Notes under the pieces: model-generated
The model's database searches: none
Seen by the model: the letters and a program-made list of their open reading frames with translations, nothing else
What the model was told of the DNA's origin: nothing
Assembly: GCA_965207075.1 (NCBI GenBank)
Contig: CBDBLO010000002.1
Coordinates: forward strand, 1,408,001-1,472,000
From: Nitrosopumilus sp.
GTDB taxonomy: Archaea; Thermoproteota; Nitrososphaeria; Nitrososphaerales; Nitrosopumilaceae
DNA: 64,000 nucleotides
Reading direction: 5' to 3'
Translations under genes and position numbers: made by a program
Part shown: piece by piece, positions 27,642 through 37,202 of the stretch
Numbering within the stretch: position 1 is the stretch's first letter
Layout of the letters: the number at the start of each line of letters is the position of its first letter

Positions 27642-29203
27642 GTCTCGGTGTCACCGTCCTTTCGGGGCAGCCCGCTGGCCGCGGCCGTGCCGGGCTTGCC
27701 GCCAGGGGGAATCTGCCGGTCCGAGTCACTGCCGGTGTCGCGCGTCCGGCGCTCGGAGTCGTTGGTGTTTTCAGGACTCTGCACGTCCTGTGGTTTCCGG
27801 GAAGGCGCGGGGCGCGTGCCAGCGGCGGGTTGCGGCTGCGGTGGTCTCGACTGTCCCTGCTGCGACTGCTGCTGCTGCATACGTCTGGTATGCCTGTCGG
27901 GTCTGTGGCGCCTGCGCCTTTTTTTCTTGGCAGTAGCTTCAGGTGCGGCTGCCGCGCCACCAGGGGCCGTCTCCGCCCGTTTGGTCGCATCCTGCGGCGG
28001 ACGTGAGAGAGAACCGGACGATGCGTCTGGTGCATGCTGCACTACGGCAGCAGTATGCGCGTCCTTTGGACTGTCAGATGCCTGCGCGGGTTTTGGCGCT
28101 GACCCCGGTTGCATTGGCGGGGGGTTGGGGCCGCCAGGCCGCCCCGGCTTTGAGAGCCTGTGTCGGGGGCGCCTGCGGCGTCGTCTCGGGTTTTTGGCGT
28201 TCTGTGCTGAGGGGGGTACGTCGGGTCGATCAGGAGGACTTGGCGCGGAGTGGGAAGACGCTGTATCCGGTTTTGAGGGGGGCGGTTCGTTCTCCGGTTC
28301 TCGGTGAACCGGTCCTTCGGCAGGGCCGCCGGGTGGCGCAGTATCGCGCGAGCGTGACGGGGCTGGAGGCTGCGGCGCCTGATGCGGTGGTTGTGCCTGT
28401 ACGCCACGTGGCTGTTGCGGCGGTTGGTGCTGTGGCCTATGTTGTGTCGGCTGTGGCGTTTCTTGAACATCCTGCGGCTGCGGCTTGCCCCCATCGCCAG
28501 CCACAGTGGAAGAAGTAGGCGCTGCAGGGGCGTCACCCCCTCCCGGGTCCGAAGGTACGTTGTCCACACCTGTAGCGGGTGCCGAACCTGACGCGCTCCT
28601 CGAAGCGGCGCCAGAACCCGCGCGCCGCAGGCGCTGCAGCTCCAGTTCCGAGAGCCTCAGCCTCTTCTTTAGTGAGTGAATCTCGCGGTACACGTCGTCG
28701 ATCTCCTCCTTGCTTGGCAGGTTGGCCGACTGCAGCACTGTGTTGGATATGTTGTTCCAGTGCTTTACAATCTCGAGCTCCTTTGAGACCAGCTTGCCGT
28801 AGTTTGAGCCAAACTTTGGCGAGTCGAAGAGCTCGGTAAAGTCGTTGTCAAACATGTCAATCCAGACGCGCTTGAGCGCCTCGATCTGCTCCACGTCCTG
28901 CGGGATTTCCGGCATCTTCTGGTTGACCTTTTTTTGCGCCCCGCCCCAGGTGTCTGCAAGCTGTGAATAATACTCTGTCAGGTGTTTGCTGAACGTCACC
29001 ATGTCCTCACTCATCTCTATCATCTCATTTGTAATCTTCTTGGAGTTTGCCGCAAGCGCCCTCATGGGCCCAACTGATGCCAGTGCCCCGGGCTTGCTTG
29101 ACATCAGGTGCAGTATGTCGGTCCAGAACGTCGCAAGCTGTTTGTAGCGCTCAGATGCGTCCCGGAATTCTGAATCATCAACGGTCATGGCAGGGTTCAT
29201 CAT
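27638..29203 (-). CDS. phaE: PHA synthase subunit PhaE with a ~330-aa disordered C-terminal extension
   Basis: PhaE box NLPSKEEIDDVYREIHSLKKRLR and WIDMFDNDF.ELF.S..F. Overlaps the phaC start (GTGA). Confidence 0.88.
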   Translation of the reverse strand: MMNPAMTVDDSEFRDASERYKQLATFWTDILHLMSSKPGALASVGPMRALAANSKKITNEMIEMSEDMVTFSKHLTEYYSQLADTWGGAQKKVNQKMPEIPQDVEQIEALKRVWIDMFDNDFTELFDSPKFGSNYGKLVSKELEIVKHWNNISNTVLQSANLPSKEEIDDVYREIHSLKKRLRLSELELQRLRRAGSGAASRSASGSAPATGVDNVPSDPGGGDAPAAPTSSTVAGDGGKPQPQDVQETPQPTQHRPQHQPPQQPRGVQAQPPHQAPQPPAPSRSRDTAPPGGPAEGPVHREPENEPPPSKPDTASSHSAPSPPDRPDVPPSAQNAKNPRRRRRRPRHRLSKPGRPGGPNPPPMQPGSAPKPAQASDSPKDAHTAAVVQHAPDASSGSLSRPPQDATKRAETAPGGAAAAPEATAKKKRRRRHRPDRHTRRMQQQQSQQGQSRPPQPQPAAGTRPAPSRKPQDVQSPENTNDSERRTRDTGSDSDRQIPPGGKPGTAAASGLPRKDGDTET

Positions 29204-29748
29204 GATTTCAATAATAAATAGTTAGACAAAGGAAGGCGACAAGCCCCCAAGTCGGAATCGCTTGACGCAAGATAATTTGATCAATTAGCGTACAAAGACA
29301 GACCGCACCCTTGGAGCCGACCTCCCCTCCCCCCCTTCCCTCTCCCCCACGAACACACCAAGCCCTTGCGGATACCGTATTCGTGCATGCGCAGTCGCGC
29401 CATGATGAGGCCCAGACCGCCCGCGTATGGCGCGGTCAGATGCCACCAGAACTGCACGGCGGCGCCCACGCCCGATCCAAGGGCCAAACGGCCATAAAAG
29501 TAGGCGCCGCGAATTAAGGTACTGCTGCAAATTCATAACATGTGTATGGCGGTAGTTAGAAATTGAAAAGCTAACGAGGAATGCCCTGTTGCGAAAAATG
29601 TCGGAAATTGATGGACTTGGCGGTGCTCTGGATGATCACCATGTGTGAGTGCTGATAAGTCCTTAGCGCCCTGTATAGAATTTGTATATAAAGGTGGATT
29701 CTATATCGCGAATTCGCAGTACGCGAATTAAAAAGAGATTTTAATGGC

Positions 29749-30315
29749 ATGGGGAGAATCCCGCCCATGGAAGACCGCGACGACGGATCCCCGGTTTCAA
29801 AGGAGATCATCGTGCTCGAGGCCATACGAAATGGCATTACAAAGTTTGGCCGCATACAAAAGACGACAAGGCTGTCGCCCGAGGAGCTGAACTCCATACT
29901 CGAGAGGTTGGAGAGGCAGGGGGACATAACGGTAAGGGAGAAGAAAGGCTGGCTCGGCACCAAGATCGAGATGCACGTCACAAAGTCGGGTTCGGACAAG
30001 GTCGACGAGGGCGTACGGGAGATGCAGGCCAAGTGGGGCCAGATGCAGGCCATCTACAAGTCCGGTGACAAAGAAAAGATGAGGAGTTTCATGGATAGCA
30101 ACCGCTCCATACTCCCAATGATGCTCTTCTTTGGCGTCATAGACATTATGATGTTCAGCATGATGTTCAGCATGATTGGGATGCCCATGGCCTCGTACGT
30201 TCCGCCGGAAAGCATGCCGGAAGGCATGGACGACGGCGGTGCGGGCATGGACGACGGCGGCGGCGGTGCGGGCATGGACGACGGCGGCGGATTTGACTTT
30301 GACATTGGTTTCTAA
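29749..30315 (+). CDS. Winged-helix protein with a Met-rich hydrophobic segment and a Gly/Asp tail
   Basis: IIVLEAI..G...F.RI...T.LS.EEL..ILE.LE..G.I wHTH pattern, GMDDGG repeats at the C-terminus. Confidence 0.75.
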   Translation: MGRIPPMEDRDDGSPVSKEIIVLEAIRNGITKFGRIQKTTRLSPEELNSILERLERQGDITVREKKGWLGTKIEMHVTKSGSDKVDEGVREMQAKWGQMQAIYKSGDKEKMRSFMDSNRSILPMMLFFGVIDIMMFSMMFSMIGMPMASYVPPESMPEGMDDGGAGMDDGGGGAGMDDGGGFDFDIGF

Positions 30316-30320
30316 GAGCA

Positions 30321-31421
30321 ATGCCGGATAGCAAGAGGCGCAAAAACGACGACGGCTCATACGGCAGCCGCGCATACTACGACTCGGCGGATCGCAGGGG
30401 CCCCGCAAGGACGCTCCGGTTCCTAAAGGCGCACAGCACCGAATACCTCTCAGGCAGGGACCTTGGCGACGTGCTGGGCATCAGCAGGGTGGCGGTGTGG
30501 AAGCACATCAAAACGCTGCGGAGCCTGGGATACGACATAGAGTCGAGGCAGAAGGTCGGATACAGGCTGCGGGGTTCAAGCGGCGAGCCATACCCGTGGG
30601 AGATCACAGAGGGCATAGGAACCAGCACGGTGGGCAGGAGGGCATACTATTACGACGACGTGGGCACTGCAGGCTCCACCCAGGATGTCGCGGCGGCTTT
30701 GGCAGGGACGCCCGGAAGCGACGGGGCCGTCGTCATATCGGCCACGCAGTCCAACGCAAGGGGCAGGACAGGGAAGAGGTGGGCGTCCCCGCGCGGCGGC
30801 ATATGGATGTCCGTCGTGCTGCATCCGGACTGCAGGGCGTCGACCGCGTCCCTGCTGCCCATAGCGGCCGGCGTTGCAGTGGCGGAGTCCATAGAGGAGG
30901 CGTGCGGCATAAGGCCCGAGCTCAGGTGGCCCAACGACGTGACGATCCGGGGCAGGAAGGTGGCGGGGATAATAACAGAGGCCGAGATGGAGCTGGACCG
31001 CATACAGAACGTGCGTCTCGGGATAGGGATCAACTTTGACGTGGACGCAAAAGGCATAGAAGAAACGTTTGCAGGCGCGCCCGGTTTTTACGGCGCGGCG
31101 TCGCTCAAGCAAGAGGCTGAGTCGGCCGGCGCGCCGAGGACACCGTCCAAGGCGGAGCTGGTAAGAACAATGCTCCGCAGGCTCGACGTCGCGTACGGGA
31201 TGCTGCTTGGCGGGAGGGCCAAAGCCATAACGTCAGAGTGGGCCAAGAGATCGTCGACCATCGGCAGAAGGGTCAGCGCAACCGTTGACGGCCAAAAGGT
31301 CACCGGAACCGCCACCAGAATAAACGACGACGGCATGCTTGTGATCAGAACGGACGCCACGGGCAGGGGCGGCCGGAGGCAGGTCGAGCTCATGGCAGGA
31401 AGCCTGGAATACGCTGCATGA
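30321..31421 (+). CDS. birA: Bifunctional biotin--[acetyl-CoA carboxylase] ligase with N-terminal HTH
   Basis: LSG..LG..LGISRVAVWKHIK.L HTH, STQD, Q..ARGR.GK.W.SP.GG, RWPND, KVAGI. Confidence 0.93.
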   Translation: MPDSKRRKNDDGSYGSRAYYDSADRRGPARTLRFLKAHSTEYLSGRDLGDVLGISRVAVWKHIKTLRSLGYDIESRQKVGYRLRGSSGEPYPWEITEGIGTSTVGRRAYYYDDVGTAGSTQDVAAALAGTPGSDGAVVISATQSNARGRTGKRWASPRGGIWMSVVLHPDCRASTASLLPIAAGVAVAESIEEACGIRPELRWPNDVTIRGRKVAGIITEAEMELDRIQNVRLGIGINFDVDAKGIEETFAGAPGFYGAASLKQEAESAGAPRTPSKAELVRTMLRRLDVAYGMLLGGRAKAITSEWAKRSSTIGRRVSATVDGQKVTGTATRINDDGMLVIRTDATGRGGRRQVELMAGSLEYAA

Positions 31422-31496
31422 GATTGGGTCATAGTGTGCCAGTTACGGCCGTCCTGTGCCGGCGTACGCGCACTCTTGCGCATGGCGCGTCGGGGG

Positions 31497-32000
31497 TCAG
31501 GTCCGTCTGGTGCGGGGCCTCCCCGCGGCCGCCGGCCTTGGACTGGTTGTCGTTCGCACCCTCTTTTTTGCAGGCGTCCTGCCGCGGGTCTTGCGCCCAC
31601 CAGCGGATGCTGCAGCAGTCTTTTTGCCGCCGCTGCCGCGGCCCTTGCTCCTTCCCTTGGCGGCCTTGGTAGTACGCGTGCGGGCAGGTGGTTTTCCGTC
31701 CTCAAGCAGCTCCGACTGCGCCCTTAGCACCTCCAAAAGTCCCGACTGCACGTCAAGCGCGTCCCCCACCACCGACTCGAGCATGCGCGCATACCGCGCA
31801 TAGTGCGACAGCAGCTCCGCGTATATCACGTCCCTAGCGGAGAGGTACTCGTTTGTACGCAGGGTATTCGTAGAGTCCACGACCTCCGCAAGCGGCGACG
31901 GCGGGGGGCCCATCTTGTCTAGGCGCGCCTGCAGATCGTCTATTGCCAGACGGATATCCTCGGCCCCGAGGCTGTCCTGCTCCGTCTCGCTTGCCAACAT
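31497..32000 (-). CDS. Helical hypothetical protein with a Lys/Arg/Ala/Thr-rich (histone H1-like) tail
   Basis: Coiled N-terminal half and tail TKAAKGRSKG...TPAKKRVRTT. Same strand as, and downstream of, the candidate phaP. Confidence 0.7.
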   Translation of the reverse strand: MLASETEQDSLGAEDIRLAIDDLQARLDKMGPPPSPLAEVVDSTNTLRTNEYLSARDVIYAELLSHYARYARMLESVVGDALDVQSGLLEVLRAQSELLEDGKPPARTRTTKAAKGRSKGRGSGGKKTAAASAGGRKTRGRTPAKKRVRTTTSPRPAAAGRPRTRRT

Positions 32001-32265
32001 GGGGGGACGGCCGTGCCAGAATTAAAGACTTGCGAGGGGGGAGAACAGCCTATTGTATAGAAAACCGACCCGCCAAAGATTGGGGTGTGGGTGTGGGTGG
32101 TGGCGGCAGGTAGCTCGGGCGGTGTACGGTGCCACCTGCAATACATACGGCGCCATGCGCGCACGCCAAGTGCGCGTACCCCGAATCGGCGGATCATGCC
32201 GCCAGACCAGTGCCAAAAAAAATCAGAAATAAAAGAAAAACGCCCTTGCGGGCTTTTTGCCGCGA

Positions 32266-32718
32266 CTAGTTGGCCCTGAAACGGAATGCCGATATCCAGG
32301 ACTTTAGTATGTCGTGGTTGATGTTTGAAAAGGACTTTGCGTTGTCGTTGAACGTCTTGATGTTCTGCTGAGTCGCATCGATCGTGGTCAGTATGACCTG
32401 GTTGTTTATGGATGCAATCTTTGCAATCTCCTCAGTCGTTCCGCCGATTGTGCGTACCGCAGCCTCCGGGATGCCCGTAGACAGTCCGGATTTGCGCGCC
32501 ACCTCCCTCTGGAATTCAAATGCAGAGTTTGCGACGTTCTCGCATGCCTGCAGGTACTCCTGCTGCACGTTTGTTATGGCCTGGTGGTACTGCGGTACCG
32601 ACTGTCGTATGCCGTTGAACATCTTGTCAAGGTTCTGCTTGAATACGCCAAACGTGTCGTTCGAGGACGGCCTTGACGTGTTGTTACCACTGTTGTTGCT
32701 GTTGTTTTTGTCAGTCAT
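32266..32718 (-). CDS. Candidate phasin (PhaP-like granule protein)
   Basis: 150 aa, all-helical amphipathic, Q/N/A-rich. Coupled (4-nt overlap) to an AbrB-domain gene near phaEC. Confidence 0.65.
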   Translation of the reverse strand: MTDKNNSNNSGNNTSRPSSNDTFGVFKQNLDKMFNGIRQSVPQYHQAITNVQQEYLQACENVANSAFEFQREVARKSGLSTGIPEAAVRTIGGTTEEIAKIASINNQVILTTIDATQQNIKTFNDNAKSFSNINHDILKSWISAFRFRAN

Positions 32719-33152
32719 ATTTGCTTGTTCACCTCCCTTTTCTGTCTGTTAGGAATAGGCAGTATGATCACCTGCACCAGGTCTCCCTCCCCGATTCCAA
32801 GCGCTTTGCGCTCGGCCTCCGGTATGGAGATCCGCCCGTTGCTGCTGACAGTGGTCTTGTAGGCGCCCCAGCCGGCAATGGAGGAGATCATGTCCTGCCC
32901 CATGCCGATCACGGCATCCATGCCCCTGCTCTGCATGCTAGAAACGTTCTCTATCATCCTAGACTGCGCGCTCTGCGCCGTCTCGGACATCTGACGCAGC
33001 GTCTCAAGCGGGTTGAACGTCCCCGGAGTCTGGCCTGCGGCGGTCATCAGCGAGCCGAAGTTCTTGACAAACTCGGCCTGTGCCTCCCCGCCTCTCTGTA
33101 TCCAGTCCTGAAACATCCTTGTAGGATCATACTGGTTGCTATTACCACTCAT
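32715..33152 (-). CDS. AbrB/MazE-domain regulator, candidate archaeal PhaR
   Basis: C-terminal KTTVSSNGRISIPEAERKALGIGEGDLVQVII is an AbrB fold. Q/M-rich N-terminus. Haloarchaeal PhaR has this architecture. Confidence 0.8.
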   Translation of the reverse strand: MSGNSNQYDPTRMFQDWIQRGGEAQAEFVKNFGSLMTAAGQTPGTFNPLETLRQMSETAQSAQSRMIENVSSMQSRGMDAVIGMGQDMISSIAGWGAYKTTVSSNGRISIPEAERKALGIGEGDLVQVIILPIPNRQKREVNKQI

Positions 33153-33341
33153 TGGTAATGGTGTGAAATAAGAGGTATAAATAGCAACCGGTCTGGCAGA
33201 ATTGTAGGGATAGAACTCACCCGGGGACGCGTCCGCACGCGGTCGGCCGGACACTAGTCTGGCCGCGTCCTGCAGGCAGCCGCCTCATTGGGAACCGGAT
33301 GCGCCCGGAGACGCGTCTGTGAGGCATGGCCGTTCGCAGAG

Positions 33342-34145
33342 TCACCCGGCCGTGGATCCTCCCAGAAACTCGAGCACCCGCTTTGCAAAGGCCTCGGGGC
33401 TCTGCACATAGGGGGTGTGCCCGCAGCCCTTCATCCTAAACATGGTGCAGTCCCTTACCGAGGACAGGAAGAATCCGGCGTTCTGGATTGGAACGACAGG
33501 ATCGTCCTCGCCCCAGACCAGCAGCGTGGGGGAGCTTATCGAGTGCAGCATCGCCTCCGTGAGCCCGGAGTTACTGAGCCCCAGCACGGCCGACATGAAC
33601 GCCATCTTTGCGTTTGGGAGCCTCATCCTCTTGATAAAACCCCGTACCAGCTCCGCGTCCGCCCTCTGGTCGGAGGCCTCCATCGCCTCAAAGGCCCTGG
33701 ATACGGACTGCTTCCCGGGGTACATTGCGGCCATCATATACAGGTCAAACGCCGGCGTAGTCCTCTTCATCGTGCCCGCAGGCGAGACGAGGACGAGCCT
33801 GTCTATGCTGGCCGGATGCGAGGCCGCATACATGACAGCGACCTGGCCGCCAAGCGACGAGCCCACCAGGAATATGCGCTGTCCGCAGGTGGCGCGCACA
33901 AAATCCCCAAGAAACGAGGTCAGAAAGTCCGGCGTGTAGTCAGACGGCGGCTTGTCGCTGAGCCCGAACCCGATCATGTCGGGCACCACCACCCTGAACC
34001 TCTTTTCAAATATGGGAGAGACCTTGTCCCACCGCTCCGCGGAGCCTCCAAGCCCGTGCAGCAGGACCATCGTGCCGTCAGTCGGATCACCACCCTCAAG
34101 GTAGCGGATGTGGTGGCCCCCCACGTCGACAAAGCGCTCCTTCAT
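33342..34145 (-). CDS. Alpha/beta hydrolase (MhpC-like)
   Basis: LLHGLGG, PDMIGFG.SD, GSSLGG nucleophile elbow, WGEDD, CGHTP. Confidence 0.92.
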   Translation of the reverse strand: MKERFVDVGGHHIRYLEGGDPTDGTMVLLHGLGGSAERWDKVSPIFEKRFRVVVPDMIGFGLSDKPPSDYTPDFLTSFLGDFVRATCGQRIFLVGSSLGGQVAVMYAASHPASIDRLVLVSPAGTMKRTTPAFDLYMMAAMYPGKQSVSRAFEAMEASDQRADAELVRGFIKRMRLPNAKMAFMSAVLGLSNSGLTEAMLHSISSPTLLVWGEDDPVVPIQNAGFFLSSVRDCTMFRMKGCGHTPYVQSPEAFAKRVLEFLGGSTAG

Positions 34146-34460
34146 CCACAGGACGCACGTATCATGCATTGATAAGTCTAGTCGTTCGGGCAGTGCATGG
34201 AACAAAGTCCGAACACATCAGATCCCGGCAGGCGTCATTGGGCGAATGAAGAAACGGAGCTCAACCTGCGTGGGTTTTTCACGCAGGCCCATCCCCCCAC
34301 AGAGCACCCCGTACTGCTCCCGCCGGCAGGTTCTCCCCTTCAGCCGTAACGGTCTTCATATGGCATTTTTTGTGTATCCTAATCTGCCCGCTTGCATTTC
34401 AACCCGCTTATGGCGAGCATCATCTGATCTGGGAGGCCCCTTACTCGGCGGCACGCATGG

Positions 34461-35186
34461 TTACTGTACCGGACAGGCAGGCCCGGACATGGGCCTGAGC
34501 GCGACGGTCCTGCCGATCAGGGCGCCGTCCTCGTCACGCTCGTCCGTGGCGGCAAGGGACACGAGAAACTCGCTCTTGTCCTTTCGCAGCATCCAGATCT
34601 TTGCGGTGTCGTGTATCCCGTTCCTCCAGTTCTCCATGTGGGCGCTTATGTTACCGCGGGAGCGCGGGGCGGTGTGATGCAGCAGGTTGACGCCTATCAC
34701 CTCCTCCTTTGTGTATCCCAGCCTGTCAACGTACGTCTGGTTGCAGTCCACTATGACACCGTTGTAGTTCACCGACCTGTGCAGGATCTCCGGGTGCTCG
34801 TATCCCTCCCTTGAAGTGACGTCGTACATCTTGCTCATCTTCTCAAGGTGCGCGATCTCCCTTATGGTGGAGTTGCGGCCTATGAGGTTCCTGTGGTCGT
34901 CATACAGGCTCGACGCAGTCAGCATGACCTTGAACTCCTCGCCGGACTTGGTCACGAGGACTATGTGCCCTGACGAGTGCGCCCTTGTCTTCTTCCATTC
35001 CTCAAAGTTGGACGCCAAGACGTCGCGGTGCCTCTCGGGCGCGTGGTCAAGAAACGACCTGCCGATTACCTCCTCAAAGGTGTAGCCCAGCCTCTCCGCA
35101 TACGACAAATTGCAGTCAATTATGATGCCGTCTAGATCAACAGAACGGAACATCTCAGGAATCGACGTCCCAATGCTGCGGCTCAT
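34461..35186 (-). CDS. Stand-alone tandem PAS-PAS protein
   Basis: Two copies of G.I.DCN..Y..RLGYT.EEVIG...L.H with no output domain. Confidence 0.88.
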   Translation of the reverse strand: MSRSIGTSIPEMFRSVDLDGIIIDCNLSYAERLGYTFEEVIGRSFLDHAPERHRDVLASNFEEWKKTRAHSSGHIVLVTKSGEEFKVMLTASSLYDDHRNLIGRNSTIREIAHLEKMSKMYDVTSREGYEHPEILHRSVNYNGVIVDCNQTYVDRLGYTKEEVIGVNLLHHTAPRSRGNISAHMENWRNGIHDTAKIWMLRKDKSEFLVSLAATDERDEDGALIGRTVALRPMSGPACPVQ

Positions 35187-35495
35187 TACCAGTGAGCAAA
35201 ACCCGTGCTATATTAAAATTTATGTAACGAAACAAGGTGCGCCCTCAGACTGTTCCCAAATCCGTGCCTAAAGTGACGTATCATTCATAGATTTTATACC
35301 TACGATCTCGGTCGGCCCGAGGACGTACAGAACAAGTAACACAAAAAGTGCTTCAAGTGGGCCCAACTCGGACATCTCCGGCGGCGACTCGGGTTTGGGC
35401 ATGGGATCAGACAGGGACCCGCCAAGCGACGTTACAAACTCCTCCCACTTCCGGGGGCACGGGCCGGCCTTCGGCCAAGGGGCGTGCATCCGGCG

Positions 35496-35951
35496 CTATG
35501 CAATGCCGCGCTTTGCAAAGTATTTCTGGTGGTACTCCTCGGCGCGGTAAAACGGAGCAGCCGGCACGATCTCGGTCACTATCGGGCCGCGATACCTGCC
35601 CGACCGTGCAAGCGCGTCGCGCGACTTTTCGGCGGCAAGCCTCTGCTCGTCGCTGTGGCAAAAGACGGCCGATCTATACTGGATGCCGACGTCAGGTCCC
35701 TGCCTGTTGAGGGTCGTGGGATCATGGTTTGACCAGAATACGCCAAGCAAGTCATCGTAGGACACCTGGTCGGGGTCGTACTCTACCTGGACGGCCTCCG
35801 CGTGTCCCGTCCGGTCCGTGCATACCTCCTCGTAGGTAGGATCCTCCGCGTGGCCGCCTGTATACCCCACCGCGGTGGATGTAACGCCCTTTGTGTTTGC
35901 AAAGATGTGCTCGACGTGCCAAAAGCATCCCGCGCCAAACGTGGCCTTCAT
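35496..35951 (-). CDS. msrA: Peptide methionine sulfoxide reductase A
   Basis: [38 protein letters not shown]. Confidence 0.96.
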   Translation of the reverse strand: MKATFGAGCFWHVEHIFANTKGVTSTAVGYTGGHAEDPTYEEVCTDRTGHAEAVQVEYDPDQVSYDDLLGVFWSNHDPTTLNRQGPDVGIQYRSAVFCHSDEQRLAAEKSRDALARSGRYRGPIVTEIVPAAPFYRAEEYHQKYFAKRGIA

Positions 35952-36124
35952 GAACATACGTGGGGGATGGGCATTAAAAGATGATCGGATGCGGCTGGCC
36001 GCGGGCCCACCACGTGCGCAGCCCGGCATCGGCGCGTGCGAGGAATCCTGCAAGGACGCGGCGTCAGACGCGCGTCGGATCCTGTGAACTGCCTCCTCTC
36101 CCCACGTAGGCGGCAAAATCCAGT

Positions 36125-36622
36125 CTACGACGATACCTCTTGGGGATTTTCTGTGGGCGTGTTATAGCCACTTGTGTCCGGCAGCGGTTCCCGGCCAAGG
36201 CCTTCCCCCAACCCGGCAGATGTCAACGGCAATTGGCAGTCAATAGGGGAGGTAAACATGTCCACGGCCTTTTTGGCCAACTTCTCGATGTTTGCGGTGG
36301 GCTCCGCAGAGATCAGCAGCAACACACGGGTCACCGGAAACGGAAAGCTCACCAGCACCGCCTTGTCGCGTCTGGCCGCAAGATAGTTTATCGGTCCTAG
36401 GCTCTCGTCGTGCTCCTTGCGTATGGACACCCGGGATACGAACTCCAAAAATGACTGCAGGCGCGTCTCGTCGTTCTCGTGGGGGGTGATGCCATCCTTA
36501 AAGCCCCCGGCAATCAGCTTGCCGTCGGAGTTCACGATTCCCGCAAACCTGATCTCATCCTCGGAGAGCAGCTTGCTGCACTTTTGGGCGTACAGCCCCG
36601 GTGCGGGATCGACAGAATGCAT
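36125..36622 (-). CDS. Thaumarchaeal roadblock/profilin-like protein (DUF6659-like)
   Basis: [18 protein letters not shown]...R...DESLGP.NY....RDK...VSFP. Confidence 0.75.
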   Translation of the reverse strand: MHSVDPAPGLYAQKCSKLLSEDEIRFAGIVNSDGKLIAGGFKDGITPHENDETRLQSFLEFVSRVSIRKEHDESLGPINYLAARRDKAVLVSFPFPVTRVLLLISAEPTANIEKLAKKAVDMFTSPIDCQLPLTSAGLGEGLGREPLPDTSGYNTPTENPQEVSS

Positions 36623-37202
36623 GCATGGAATACGCACGCCTGCGATAAAAACCTAGAGCATATGGGCAGCATCAATACACGCATGCGTGGGGGGGGGAGG
36701 GAGGGAAGGAACGGTCAGACGAGGCACGCCATCAAGCGGCCGAGTGCCCGGGGCCGCGCTCGGCGCCCCGAGACGACAGGTGCATGCAATACTGCCGGCG
36801 AGTAGGCATGGAGCAACGTTGTGCCAAGGCATCCGGCCATGCAGAAAACTGCCGTGTCATATTTGATCAGGGCTGGTCCATATGCATACAAACGTCGCGA
36901 GGCACTAGGTTTTCCAGCCCTCTTGGAGCATCAACGGATTCTATCCTCCTCCTCCCCTCCCCCGACTCATCACCCGCAGAGTGCAGACGTATGTGCCTGC
37001 CTCCGCCTGCACCACAGCCTTCAGGGACATTGGCGCGCACGAGCGCTGCAGAGGATGATGCGCAAAATCTTCAGGGCGGAAGGGCCCGGCGTAAGCAACG
37101 GCGCCTCCGGGGCGCTGACGTGGCACGGCGCACATCCGGGCAGCGCATGTCCACGGCCATGCCGTCGCAGCGAGCGGCAGCCATACATGAGAGAAAAAAG
37201 TG

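Noticed and set aside
26022-28307. 761-aa plus-strand ORF
   Set aside because: Antisense shadow of Nre/phaC/phaE, expected at high GC.
29204-29748. Possible RNase P or SRP RNA in the long intergenic region (also considered 35187-35495)
   Set aside because: Local hairpins exist, but I found no GAGGAAAGTCC-type RNase P or SRP helix-8 signature.
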